A DNA stretch of 64,000 nt, taken from NCBI GenBank assembly GCA_000830295.1, contig CP010425.1:192001-256000 (forward strand). The letters are read 5' to 3'. Made by a program: the position numbers and the translations under genes. This DNA comes from an archaeon GW2011_AR15. Its GTDB lineage: Archaea; Nanobdellota; Nanobdellia; Woesearchaeales; GW2011-AR15. Positions 21,567 through 31,235 of the stretch are shown piece by piece (the first letter of the stretch is position 1; each line of letters opens with the position of its first letter). Under the pieces are notes generated by a model. That model was not told the DNA's origin. It searched no databases and was given only the letters and a program-made list of their open reading frames with translations.

Positions 21567-21968
21567 ATGACCTATACTCCTGATTATGCCAAGGGCCAGG
21601 TTCTTGTACTTTTCATAAACCCGGGAACGGACAGGGGGTTTGCAGAAAAATTTGGCAAGGGCCTTGGATATGAACTGTCAAAAGAAGAGTATGCACATAG
21701 CAACGCACCTCATTTTATCTACCTTACGCCGGAAGGCGAAGAGCAGGCAGCCATAGATAATTTTCTCAACTACGCTGCTTTTGTTGAGTCAGCAGAATTA
21801 AGGGATATAAAACTTGAAAAAAGATGGGAATCAATGGGCAGGCTGGAAGAGCTGATAGGTGATTATACTGAAGCTGCTGAGTCGGATGAGAATTATGGGA
21901 AATTACTGGAGGAGATACACAGTAGCTCGGAAAAATTGTTTAGTGAATTTAACAGTGGTGCCGGATGA
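21567..21968 (+). CDS. Hypothetical protein, N-terminus resembling subtilase propeptide domain
   Basis: MTYTPDYAKGQVLVLF...; start refined from track 21342 using TATA box at ~21540. Confidence 0.55.
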   Translation: MTYTPDYAKGQVLVLFINPGTDRGFAEKFGKGLGYELSKEEYAHSNAPHFIYLTPEGEEQAAIDNFLNYAAFVESAELRDIKLEKRWESMGRLEELIGDYTEAAESDENYGKLLEEIHSSSEKLFSEFNSGAG

Positions 21969-22420
21969 TGGCTTTTCTTCCGCTGTATTTTGAGATTGGA
22001 GTTATTGTTGCGATATTCTTTGCCCTGCTTGAGATACAAATTGAAGGCAAGCACGGCTGGGCAAAAAAGCTTCCCACATGGAGAAAGCAGTTCTGGCTTT
22101 TCAACAGGATATTCGGAAGAAAGAAAGAGCTCACGGGCTATCATGTCTCTATGTGGCTGTTCATCTTTTCGATGCTGCATACTGCTTTCATATTTGCGCC
22201 ATGGACTCTGCAGAACGAGGCACTGGTGTTTTCATTGTATATCTTCATAACATTGAGTGAGGATTTCCTGTGGTTCGTGCTGAACCCGGCATTCGGACTG
22301 AAAAAATTCAGCAGAAAATATGTAACATGGCACCCGAAATGGCTAGGCCCGCTTCCTTTCCAGTATTATCTGGGGATTATGGCATGGGTGGCTTTGTTCT
22401 GGTTTGGTATAAATTATTAG
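21965..22420 (+). CDS. Conserved-looking membrane protein
   Basis: LEIQIEGKHGWAKKLPTW, LTGYH, EDFLWFVLNP; about 4 TM. Confidence 0.75.
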   Translation: MMAFLPLYFEIGVIVAIFFALLEIQIEGKHGWAKKLPTWRKQFWLFNRIFGRKKELTGYHVSMWLFIFSMLHTAFIFAPWTLQNEALVFSLYIFITLSEDFLWFVLNPAFGLKKFSRKYVTWHPKWLGPLPFQYYLGIMAWVALFWFGINY

Positions 22421-22444
22421 AAAAATGAAAAAATAAAATGAAAA

Positions 22445-23743
22445 TTATACTTTGGCAAGCTCCTCTTCTATCACAGCCTCAAATGCTGAGTAAGGCTGCG
22501 CTCCCCTGACACTCTGTCCTATCACTGTTTTTCCGTCAGCCTGTATCACACCAACTAAAAACCCTGGTGTGCCTGAAACTCCTGCACTCGTGCCTGCGCT
22601 GAAGTCGCTCTGGACCTCTGCCTGGTATTTTCTTGAGTTAATACAATTGTTGAACAGTGATGTGTCCATGCCGAGCTCTTCAGCCCATGCCTTGTAGTTA
22701 TCAGCACTTAATGAGTCCTGATTTTCGAACAGCTTGTTATGGAATTCCCAGAACATTCCCTGTTCGTCTGCGCATTCTGCTGCCTCTGCTGCAGGTGTTG
22801 CCTGAGGATGTATGCTGCTCAGAGGAAAATCTCTGTAAACAAACCGGATTTTCCCTGTGCTGATATAGTTCTGCTGTATTGAAGGCAGTGTCTCACTGTA
22901 AAACCTGCTGCAGTATGGGCACTGGAAGTCTGACCACTCTATTATCACAACCTTGGCTGATGCACTTCCCTTTGACGGATCATCATCTATGCTGCTTGTG
23001 TATTCTGTAGCCTGCGTTGGCTGTGTAGGCTGAGTAGGCTGCACTGGTGTTGGCTGTGCCTCCCCTGAAAGATGCCTGTCAATAACAGCCTTCAAATTGT
23101 CATATGGCTGTGCCCCCACAACTTTCTCTCCGCCTATGAAAAATGTAGGCGTGCCTGTAACTCCCCTGCTTGTTCCCTCATTGTAATCTGCCTGGACAAC
23201 AGATGCCTTTTCCTTGCTGTCATAGCAGTCATTGAATTTTGCAGTATTAAGGCCAAGATCTGCTGCGTGCTTTTTCAGGCTGGCTGTATCAAGGGCTTTT
23301 GTCTCAAAAAGCCTGTCATGATATTCCTCAAATTTGCCCTGGTCTCGCGCACACTCTGAAGCCTCTGCTGCCTGCTGTGCCAATGGGTGCAGGCTGCTCA
23401 GTGGGAAATGCTTGTATACAAACGTCACCTGCCCCTCATACTCATCCAGCAGCTGTTTCACTGTTGGATATGCTCTCTGGCAGAACGGGCACTCAAAATC
23501 TGAAAACTCCTCAATAAGCAGTTCTCCATTGCTGCCTGTATTTGATTTCTTAAGGCTGTTGAGAAGTGACCCGACGCCGTTGCCCAAACCAAATCCGTTT
23601 GTAAGTACAGACAGGACCAACAATACTCCCAGCACAATTGCATAAGTCTTCCACATATCATCTTTAGGAGCTGCTTTCCCGGATGCTCCTTTTGCGGATG
23701 ATCTTCTAGAAGCAGTTGACTTCTTTTTAGTGTTTTTAGCCAT
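22445..23743 (-). CDS. Membrane-anchored protein with two DsbA (Thioredoxin_4) domains
   Basis: SDFECPFC and SDFQCPYC, GVTGTP/GVSGTP cis-Pro loops, N-terminal TM, QPT linker. Confidence 0.93.
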   Translation of the reverse strand: MAKNTKKKSTASRRSSAKGASGKAAPKDDMWKTYAIVLGVLLVLSVLTNGFGLGNGVGSLLNSLKKSNTGSNGELLIEEFSDFECPFCQRAYPTVKQLLDEYEGQVTFVYKHFPLSSLHPLAQQAAEASECARDQGKFEEYHDRLFETKALDTASLKKHAADLGLNTAKFNDCYDSKEKASVVQADYNEGTSRGVTGTPTFFIGGEKVVGAQPYDNLKAVIDRHLSGEAQPTPVQPTQPTQPTQATEYTSSIDDDPSKGSASAKVVIIEWSDFQCPYCSRFYSETLPSIQQNYISTGKIRFVYRDFPLSSIHPQATPAAEAAECADEQGMFWEFHNKLFENQDSLSADNYKAWAEELGMDTSLFNNCINSRKYQAEVQSDFSAGTSAGVSGTPGFLVGVIQADGKTVIGQSVRGAQPYSAFEAVIEEELAKV

Positions 23744-23868
23744 TATTATATACCCCCTTTTGACAAAAGTATGGCTTAGCTAAATAGAATTGGTTTATAT
23801 ATTTTATCTAAATTTTAATTTTGGGAGAAACTTAAGTTTATAAAAAAATTTAAGAAAATTTCCGGAAA

Positions 23869-24105
23869 TTATCTTCTGGATTTGGTTTTCCTGGCTGCTT
23901 TCTTTGTTGCTTTTCTTGCATGTTTCTTGGCAGTCTTCTTGGCAGCTTTCCTGTAGCTTTTTTTTGCTGCCGGCTTTGCTCTTGCCTTTGTTTCGGTGCT
24001 TTTCTTGTTCTTGCAGACCTCACAATATAATGAGCCAGCATATTTTGGATAAAAGACTCCGCCGCATATCAGGCATTTCTTCCTTACTTTGTATAATTTT
24101 GCCAT
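23869..24105 (-). CDS. Small zinc-finger protein with histone-H1-like K/A/R tail
   Basis: CLIC...CEVC followed by KKAAKK-type repeats. Confidence 0.7.
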   Translation of the reverse strand: MAKLYKVRKKCLICGGVFYPKYAGSLYCEVCKNKKSTETKARAKPAAKKSYRKAAKKTAKKHARKATKKAARKTKSRR

Positions 24106-24142
24106 TTTGCTCTTTCTTGGAAAAACAAGTTACTTTAAAAGG

Positions 24143-24535
24143 TTACTGTAAAAACGCCTCGCACCCCGCTTTCTGTGCAAGTTCCAGCAGGCCTCTTTCG
24201 CCATTAAGCTCTGAGCCGTCTGCAAATCTCCATGTAGGGTAGCCTGTTATACCCTCATTCTGGCACAGTTCTGTCTGCGTCCTCTGGGCTGTTGAGCATT
24301 CAACATAGCCGCCTGCAGCAGCAAATGTATCCCATGAGTCCCCGAACAGTTTCTTATTGTTCTGGCAGTGCGGGCACCACCATGCGCCATACATCACAAC
24401 CCCGTTATCAGCAAGACACTGTGCGAGTTCATCATACTGGCCTGAGGAGCTGGCCGCGGATCTGAAAATCAAAAATCCAACAATAGCTACAGCAATTATA
24501 ACAACGTAAACCAGATAGCTATTTTTCTTTTTCAT
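24143..24535 (-). CDS. Membrane-anchored thioredoxin-like protein (VKOR-partner type)
   Basis: MYGAWWCPHC, YVEC...C, ITGYPTW. Confidence 0.87.
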   Translation of the reverse strand: MKKKNSYLVYVVIIAVAIVGFLIFRSAASSSGQYDELAQCLADNGVVMYGAWWCPHCQNNKKLFGDSWDTFAAAGGYVECSTAQRTQTELCQNEGITGYPTWRFADGSELNGERGLLELAQKAGCEAFLQ

Positions 24536-24649
24536 TAAATTTTCAGAAACATGGTAACGTGCACCATTTTAAATATGTTTTGTTTGTGGCTGCTGCCATA
24601 GTCAAAAAATATATAAAGGCTCAAAGTCCTAATACATAAACGATGAGGA

Positions 24650-27600
24650 ATGAGGGGTAGGGCCCATGATAGTACTATGGATAACTCTATACAACTTTTG
24701 TATAAGAAAGCAGGCATAAGGAGAATTCTGTTTCTTGTTGCGCTGTGTTTCTTTGTCTATTTCATGTTCCTCACTGTTTTGCCCGGAAATGAAAGGGTGA
24801 TTGTGTGCGCTGCCAATGATAATTTCTGCACAGCATCAGACGGCGATACGGATGCAGGAGCATGCACTGCATATGGTACCTGTAATGGCGGTCCGGGATG
24901 GAGTCTGGGTTCTGGAGATTGTACTGGAGACGCCTCGTGTGCAACAACATCATGCTGTGGTGATGACGCGGGTGAAGCTGTTGTAGCGGAATCCTCAAGC
25001 ACAGATACTCCTTCAGGATATAATGATGCTGTAACGGCATGCTGTAATGTCGCTACAGACTGCAATTACAATGGCGCCTGTGTAGCAACAGGAAGCGCAA
25101 GTTCTGCTTCCACACCGGATAAAGCCTACTGCGGGACAGGCAGCACATGGTACGGAGGGGATTACTCAGAAGATGCATGCACTGCTGTTGCAGGAACCGG
25201 CAGCTGGAATATAGGCGGAGAAATAAACACCACTGTCTGCTGCGGCGACGACTCAGGAGAAAATAAAAATACAAGACAAGTAAGCGAAATCTCTATTGAT
25301 AATGGGTTTGCTGATAATTCAAGCGATAAAGCATGCTGTCTGGCAGGTGATTCATGCATCAGCTCGGGCACATGCTACGCAAACGGGACCTCACCTGCGG
25401 ATGTGGACGGCGACGGAGATAATGATTACTGTGATGCAGGAACATGGCAAGACTGCAATTCAGATAGTGACTGTTCTCCCGGACTAATTTGCTCCTCAAA
25501 CGACTGCACAGATGTAAACTTCCCTTATTTCACATCAATACCTGGTGATGAAACAACAACATACGGTAATTGGGAGGGAGTTGATTTTAATGCTGATGAT
25601 GCTATAGGCGTTGATACTTATGATGTTAACGACACCAGATTTACAATAAACTCATCCGGGTTCCTTGACGAAGACTCCGCAGTGTCTGCCGGGGCCTACA
25701 GTTTAAATGTTTCTGTAAATGACACATCTGGAAATACAAACTCAACAATATTCACACTAACTGTAAACAAAGCAACGCCTTCACTCAGTCTGAATTTCAA
25801 TAGTACCAGTGGGAATACCACAATATATACAGGAAGCTCTATGGTATTAAACGGCAGTATTGTGTCAGGGGACAGCGGCGCTGTATTGCAGCTCTATAAT
25901 AATGGAACCCTGGCCGATCAGGCAGCCGGCGCAGTAATCAATGATACTTTATTCGGCAGTGCAGGTACGTATAACATAACTGTAGTTTACATGGAGAGCC
26001 AGAATTACACTTCGGGGAGCCTGTCATACTTCATAGGTGTCAGCGACCCTGATTTAACAGCTCCATATTTCACATTAATCCCCTCAAATGCAACAATAAC
26101 CTACGGAAGCTGGGCAGGTGTTGATTTCAATGCTGATGATAACATTGACATCGGCGACTATACTGTCAACGACAGCAGGTTTACAATAAGTTCCTCAGGG
26201 CTTCTTGATGATGTCTCTGTGGTTGCTGCCGGAACATACAGCCTGGATATCACTATAAATGACACATCTGGAAATACAAACTCAACAGTATTCGGGCTGA
26301 CTGTCAACAGGGCAGCGTCTTCGCTTACCCTAACCGTGAACAGCACATCAGGCAATTCAACTGTGCATCTAGGAAGCGCCATACTGCTTAATTCTACTAT
26401 AGTATCAGGAGACACTGGTGCAACACTCCAGCTGTATAATAACGGGACATTAATCAATCAGGGAGCCGGATCAATAAGCAACAATACCCAGTTTAGCAGC
26501 AGCGGGCTGTATAACATAACTGCAGCCTATCCTGAAACCCAGAATTACACTTCAGGCAGCCAGACATATTATGTAACTGTTGCTGACATACTGCAGCCTT
26601 ACTTTACCGCAATACCTTCCAATGAAAGCATAATATACGGACAGAACTGGTCAGGCGCTGACTTTAATGCCACAGACAGCAATGGATTTGACTCCTATTC
26701 TGTAGCTGACAGCAGGTTTACAATAAATTCATCAGGATTCCTTGATGACGCCGCAATACTTAATGCCAGCGAGTATCTTATTAACATAACAATAAATGAC
26801 ACTTCCGGGAATTATAACTCAGCTATATTCAACCTGACTGTGTTCGCTGATTCAGATGGCGACGATATTGCAGATATAAATGACACTTTAAACGGAAATG
26901 AATCAACTCCTGCTGTCTCAGGGATAAACAACCTGAATATAACCATAAGAGGGAACTCTTCAAGAGGAAGCTTCCAAGGCAGGCATCCTGTTGTAATCAA
27001 GGAGGATTCAGATGTTCTTGTAAACTTCAGCCATAACTTCACAGCAGCACATCTTAACCTGAGCAAAGTGCACATAACAAAAGGGGATAACTTCATACTC
27101 CTGAATTTCTCAGGCCAGCTGCTGACAAATAAGACAGTGTATTTCGATGACAGCAGCTATATCAGCCTGTGCGTGAAAGATGCGCCTGTCTCTGCATCGT
27201 CTGATATAAGCGCCGCATGCACAGGAGCCAATGAGACAGACTTTACATCATGCATCGGCAATTCAACAGGGACAACAATAAACAATATCACATGCTATGA
27301 TGAAGGCTCAAGGTTTAAGTTTGACAACCTACATCATACAGGAATTAAGGGAAGCGCTGCTGCGGAAGAAGAGGAATCAGGAGGGAGCAGTTCTGGGGGC
27401 AGCAGCTCAGGGGGCTCTTCTGACCGCAAGTATGATTTCTCTGTTACGCCTGAAAAGACCACGCTAGGAATAAAGCAGGGCGAGACAAGGGAATTCACAT
27501 TAAGGGTTGCAAACAACAACTCATATAATATTGTGGTGAAAGCATGGTCAACCCTGGCTGAATTTATGACCCTCGAAGAGATAGATTACCATATCAGTGC

Positions 27601-28276
27601 AAATGACTATCAGGATATTGCTGTTATTGCTGCTGTCCCCAATGAAACAGAGCCGAAATCATATCTCGGTGATATAGTCTTCAGCTCCGGCAGCAGGACT
27701 CAATTTATTGATATAAGGATTGACGTTTTCCCCAAAGGCAGCCTGTTTGATATCATAACAGAGATGGACCAGAGATACGCTTCTGTCCTGCCAGGAGAAT
27801 ACCTGAAATTTGATGTCACTTTATTTAAATTCCTAGATGTTGCAACAGAGGATGTAACTATTGTATATCTAATCAAAGACACCTCCGGAAATGTGCTGTG
27901 GAAAGAGAGCGATACAAGGGCAGTGCACAAGGAGCTTGAGTACAACAGGGAGCTGAGGATTCCCTCAGACCTGCCTCCCGGGGATTACCTTCTGGAGACA
28001 AGCGTCAATTACCAGGGCAAGGCCGCAACCTCAGAACTCTCATTTACAGTTGTAAGCCCTGCTCCTGAGGCTCCGCCTGAAAACTATCTCTTCCAGATAG
28101 AGCTTCCTGCAATAAAGATTCCTGCAGAATTCTTTACTTCAAGAGCATTCATATCTGCCTTCCCAAGAGTGCTGCTTGTGGTGATTATTTTATTGTCAGG
28201 GTTAAAGCCTCCTGGAACTGCAAGGAAGGGAAAAAAAGCAGGAAAGGGGAATAAAAAGAGAAATTCTAAGTCATAG
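24650..28276 (+). CDS. Large cell-surface glycoprotein: Cys-rich N-domain, tandem beta-rich repeats, Ig-like C-terminal domains, TM anchor
   Basis: N-terminal hydrophobic helix, many Cys (CCGDD x2), dense NxS/T sequons, GGSSS linker, C-terminal hydrophobic segment and basic tail. Confidence 0.85.
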   Translation: MRGRAHDSTMDNSIQLLYKKAGIRRILFLVALCFFVYFMFLTVLPGNERVIVCAANDNFCTASDGDTDAGACTAYGTCNGGPGWSLGSGDCTGDASCATTSCCGDDAGEAVVAESSSTDTPSGYNDAVTACCNVATDCNYNGACVATGSASSASTPDKAYCGTGSTWYGGDYSEDACTAVAGTGSWNIGGEINTTVCCGDDSGENKNTRQVSEISIDNGFADNSSDKACCLAGDSCISSGTCYANGTSPADVDGDGDNDYCDAGTWQDCNSDSDCSPGLICSSNDCTDVNFPYFTSIPGDETTTYGNWEGVDFNADDAIGVDTYDVNDTRFTINSSGFLDEDSAVSAGAYSLNVSVNDTSGNTNSTIFTLTVNKATPSLSLNFNSTSGNTTIYTGSSMVLNGSIVSGDSGAVLQLYNNGTLADQAAGAVINDTLFGSAGTYNITVVYMESQNYTSGSLSYFIGVSDPDLTAPYFTLIPSNATITYGSWAGVDFNADDNIDIGDYTVNDSRFTISSSGLLDDVSVVAAGTYSLDITINDTSGNTNSTVFGLTVNRAASSLTLTVNSTSGNSTVHLGSAILLNSTIVSGDTGATLQLYNNGTLINQGAGSISNNTQFSSSGLYNITAAYPETQNYTSGSQTYYVTVADILQPYFTAIPSNESIIYGQNWSGADFNATDSNGFDSYSVADSRFTINSSGFLDDAAILNASEYLINITINDTSGNYNSAIFNLTVFADSDGDDIADINDTLNGNESTPAVSGINNLNITIRGNSSRGSFQGRHPVVIKEDSDVLVNFSHNFTAAHLNLSKVHITKGDNFILLNFSGQLLTNKTVYFDDSSYISLCVKDAPVSASSDISAACTGANETDFTSCIGNSTGTTINNITCYDEGSRFKFDNLHHTGIKGSAAAEEEESGGSSSGGSSSGGSSDRKYDFSVTPEKTTLGIKQGETREFTLRVANNNSYNIVVKAWSTLAEFMTLEEIDYHISANDYQDIAVIAAVPNETEPKSYLGDIVFSSGSRTQFIDIRIDVFPKGSLFDIITEMDQRYASVLPGEYLKFDVTLFKFLDVATEDVTIVYLIKDTSGNVLWKESDTRAVHKELEYNRELRIPSDLPPGDYLLETSVNYQGKAATSELSFTVVSPAPEAPPENYLFQIELPAIKIPAEFFTSRAFISAFPRVLLVVIILLSGLKPPGTARKGKKAGKGNKKRNSKS
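25520..26845 (+). repeat. Intragenic ~540-bp tandem repeat (2 full + 1 partial unit)
   Basis: Identical 30-mer aatgacacatctggaaatacaaactcaaca at 25718 and 26258; recurring PYFTxIP...DFNA...RFTIxSSG..D...NDTSGN. Confidence 0.85.
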
Positions 28277-28319
28277 TCCTGAAAGTTTAGCAAAGTTTTT
28301 ATATTCCCCAGAATAATAT

Positions 28320-28772
28320 TTGGATATGAGTTTTTTAGGAGAGGTACTCACGAACAGGATAATTATAAGCGTAATCCTGACCTACATTGTAACAGGCGCC
28401 CTAAAGCTCCTTTTCTATTATCTTGGTACAGATGAATGGAATTTTATGGTATTTTTCAGGACAGGAGGCATGCCAAGCAGCCATATTGCCTCTGTTACTG
28501 CTATGAGCGCCGCAATATACCACCTTGAAGGCGTCTCCAGTCTCTTCATTGTGGCGCTTATACTCAGCTCAATAGTGACTGTTGATGCAATCGGCGCAAG
28601 AAGGGCTGCCGGCCAGCAGGCTCAGGTCATCAACAAGGTTGTTGATGAATTCAGGTATTTCAGGAAGTTCAGGACAAGGAGGCTCTATGAACTAATCGGG
28701 CATACCCCAAGACAGGCCCTTGTGGGATTTATAATAGGCATTATAGTCGCGAGAATTGTCTTTATGTTCTAG
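28320..28772 (+). CDS. Divergent PAP2 family membrane protein (DUF212)
   Basis: GGMPSSH, DAIGARRAAG, ELIGHTP. Confidence 0.9.
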   Translation: MDMSFLGEVLTNRIIISVILTYIVTGALKLLFYYLGTDEWNFMVFFRTGGMPSSHIASVTAMSAAIYHLEGVSSLFIVALILSSIVTVDAIGARRAAGQQAQVINKVVDEFRYFRKFRTRRLYELIGHTPRQALVGFIIGIIVARIVFMF

Positions 28773-29230
28773 ATTAGTGCTATAACAATGCCAATGAACA
28801 GGTAGACGATATTATCCCTGACAGGAAGAATAAGGTTATAGGCTAAATTTTCTTTAGTGTCATAATATACTGATGCTGTAAGCAGCCCGAATATGAATAT
28901 AAGGCCTGCTGCAAATGTGCCTGCTGTCTCAAACAGTATCACTGCAAGAAGGCTGTATGCCAAAACATCATTATACGGCAGGTTTGATTTCACATCCCAT
29001 AAAAAATACAGGACTGCAATTATCCCTGAAAGCGGTATTGAGATTGCAGGGCTTACTGCGAGGAACTTAAGGAAATAGAAGAAAACCAGGGACAGGACTA
29101 CGGGCCTTGCAAAAATAAAGTATTTTTTCCCTGCTTTAAGCTCCTCTTTTGTGAAATGCGAGATTATTGTCCCGACCAGAAGCCCGGAATATGTTACCAG
29201 CAGGAGCAGGATATGGTTGAGTGTCAGCAT
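28769..29230 (-). CDS. Membrane protein
   Basis: Hydrophobic; EELKAGKKYF motif. Confidence 0.7.
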   Translation of the reverse strand: MLTLNHILLLLVTYSGLLVGTIISHFTKEELKAGKKYFIFARPVVLSLVFFYFLKFLAVSPAISIPLSGIIAVLYFLWDVKSNLPYNDVLAYSLLAVILFETAGTFAAGLIFIFGLLTASVYYDTKENLAYNLILPVRDNIVYLFIGIVIALI

Positions 29231-29265
29231 AGATCTGTTGTTTTATTCAGAGTTTATATTTGTAA

Positions 29266-30420
29266 CTAAATTTTCTTAATATATCCCCTGACATATTTCA
29301 GTATCTCCTCTCCTGATGCTATGTTGAAGCTTATTCCCCCTGCAGAATCGTGGCCTCCTCCTGAAAGCAGGGCGGCAGGGAACTCCTTCTTCAGCTTTTC
29401 CAGGAGGTCAACACCTTTAAAATCAACTCCGTCTGCCCTGTAGCTGATTGAATCTGCCGTAACTGCAAGCGTTATTTTGGGCCCCTCGACAAGCCTGTGG
29501 GATATCCCTATCAGTTTTGAGGATGCATATTCCCAGTCAGAGACAAGGCTTTTCTCTATTATGACTAATTTGAATTTTCCAAAATCCTCTATCTTTGCAT
29601 ATTTCTTTGCTGCTGCCCTTACTCTCTCTGTCTCCGCTTCAATCCTGGGATAGATTTCATTGATTATCCTGGTATTATTGGCTCCCGGCATGAACAAACC
29701 CTCAAGTATGTCTGTCCTCTCAGGGAATTTGAGGTAATAAGTATCATGGTCAATCACAGCTGCCCACTTCTCAAGCTCTTCTCTGGTGTATCCTGACAGC
29801 TTTACATACGCATCATTATCCTCTCCTGACGACTTGTCAGCGACTCCTGAGAGACCCGGGAGATGCTCTATTCCCTTTAGTGCAGGGTCAAGTATGACAG
29901 CAAGTTCTGTTGCAAGTGCGCCTGCATTCAGCTCTGAGCCGAGCCCGAAAACATGAGGGTTCAGGAAGCTTACTGCCTCGTGCTTGTTTTCAGCATCGAA
30001 CCTGTGGTGGTCTATTATTACAAATTCAATGCCGTATGTTTTCAGCCTCTTTATTGATGCCATGCTCTGCTCATTTGAGCCCAGGTCTGCAAGTATGATT
30101 AAAGGGGGCGTAGTGCTTTTTGAAGAAAGGAAATTATTGAGGTCGCGCAGTGCATCTGTGTAATCATAGAATGGTGTCCTGCTGGACGTTCTCATAATGT
30201 TCCTGCTGTAGCCAATTGAATTCAGTGCTTTTTCAAGCACAAACCCTGCAGCATATCCGTCTACGTCGTTATGATGGCGTATTACTACGAACCTGTTCTC
30301 GGAAACAGCTTTTCTTATTACTGATTCTGCCTTCAGGAAAGCCTCTTTCATCTTTTCAAGGTTCCCGGAATCTATAAGAAAACCTTTCTTCCTGTCTTTC
30401 ACAATGTCTTTTATCATCAT
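29266..30420 (-). CDS. DHH-family phosphoesterase (archaeal RecJ-like)
   Basis: HHNDVDG, LADLGS, IIDHH, GGGH (DHHA1). Confidence 0.88.
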   Translation of the reverse strand: MMIKDIVKDRKKGFLIDSGNLEKMKEAFLKAESVIRKAVSENRFVVIRHHNDVDGYAAGFVLEKALNSIGYSRNIMRTSSRTPFYDYTDALRDLNNFLSSKSTTPPLIILADLGSNEQSMASIKRLKTYGIEFVIIDHHRFDAENKHEAVSFLNPHVFGLGSELNAGALATELAVILDPALKGIEHLPGLSGVADKSSGEDNDAYVKLSGYTREELEKWAAVIDHDTYYLKFPERTDILEGLFMPGANNTRIINEIYPRIEAETERVRAAAKKYAKIEDFGKFKLVIIEKSLVSDWEYASSKLIGISHRLVEGPKITLAVTADSISYRADGVDFKGVDLLEKLKKEFPAALLSGGGHDSAGGISFNIASGEEILKYVRGYIKKI

Positions 30421-30704
30421 CTTTCCAGAATATTTCCGTAGTCCCTTTTTCCCGAGTCCTGCCACGGGCTGTGACCGTAATGGACAAGGAGGTCCACGCC
30501 GAGCCTCTTGACTTCAAGAGGGAGGTCGCAGCTGCCGTAGCATGAGCCGCCCCAGATTATTACCTGGGCCCCTGTCTGCTTTTCTATCTCTTCCTGCATT
30601 TTTTTTGCATCCGGCTTTATGCCGTCCGGAAGATGAAGACAGACTGTCTTTGCTCCCTGCTTCTTTATCTCATCCACCAATCTCTTTATCTCAAGCTTAT
30701 ACAT
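30417..30704 (-). CDS. Diphthamide synthesis Dph1/Dph2, N-terminal domain only
   Basis: VCLHLPDGIK, SCYGSCDL, LLVHYGHS; about 95 aa. Confidence 0.8.
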   Translation of the reverse strand: MYKLEIKRLVDEIKKQGAKTVCLHLPDGIKPDAKKMQEEIEKQTGAQVIIWGGSCYGSCDLPLEVKRLGVDLLVHYGHSPWQDSGKRDYGNILER

Positions 30705-30770
30705 ACTGCAAAGGGAGAAAGAGGCCATATATAAAAATGATTGGTAATCTCAGAAAAGGAAAAAATAAAT

Positions 30771-30896
30771 TTAGTCTGCGGCAACCTCAAGGGAATTGTC
30801 ATCTTCTGACTTTTTCCATTTCTTGCCGTTTTCATCGCATTTTGGAATATCCATAAAATAAGTTGTGTTTGTCTTTGACTTTCTTATTCTTGCCAT
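30771..30896 (-). CDS. Putative 41-aa small protein
   Basis: MARIRKSKTNTTYFMDIPKCDENGKKWKKSEDDNSLEVAAD*; AGGATGA upstream. Confidence 0.45.
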   Translation of the reverse strand: MARIRKSKTNTTYFMDIPKCDENGKKWKKSEDDNSLEVAAD

Positions 30897-30930
30897 TGGT
30901 TCATCCTTGCTTAAAGCTGTCTCTGCTCTG

Positions 30931-31068
30931 TTATGATGATAAAAATAACTCGTCCATCTCCTCTTCAGTAAGATTCCTGTCGTTAATTGCCTTGGAGAAG
31001 TCCTTATTCCTTCTGGATGCATACCTTTTCACTTTTTTCAGAGTGTCTATGTCGTCTTGGTCGTACAT
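30931..31068 (-). CDS. Putative 45-aa small protein
   Basis: Manual: MYDQDDIDTLKKVKRYASRRNKDFSKAINDRNLTEEEMDELFLSS*; GTGATGGA upstream. Confidence 0.5.
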   Translation of the reverse strand: MYDQDDIDTLKKVKRYASRRNKDFSKAINDRNLTEEEMDELFLSS

Positions 31069-31081
31069 CTTCCATCACGGT

Positions 31082-31160
31082 TAAGACTTTTTGCGTAAGG
31101 GCTGTTCTTGTGGGTGGGGTGATAGTAAGAAATTTGCCCTTACGCAAAAGTTCTTACTAT
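31082..31160 (-). promoter_or_regulatory. Structured 5' leader / long inverted repeat
   Basis: 14-bp perfect (21-bp near-perfect) IR 31082-31102 vs 31136-31156; TATA box at ~31178-31186. Confidence 0.55.
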
Positions 31161-31235
31161 GAAGTAGTGGTGTTGAGTATATAAATCTTTCTATTTTTAA
31201 CTATTATAGAGTAACAACTTGATTAATATGGAGAA

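Noticed and set aside
23020-23057. QPT/PTQ short tandem repeat; also GGSSS repeat at ~27380-27421
   Set aside because: Ordinary low-complexity interdomain linkers.
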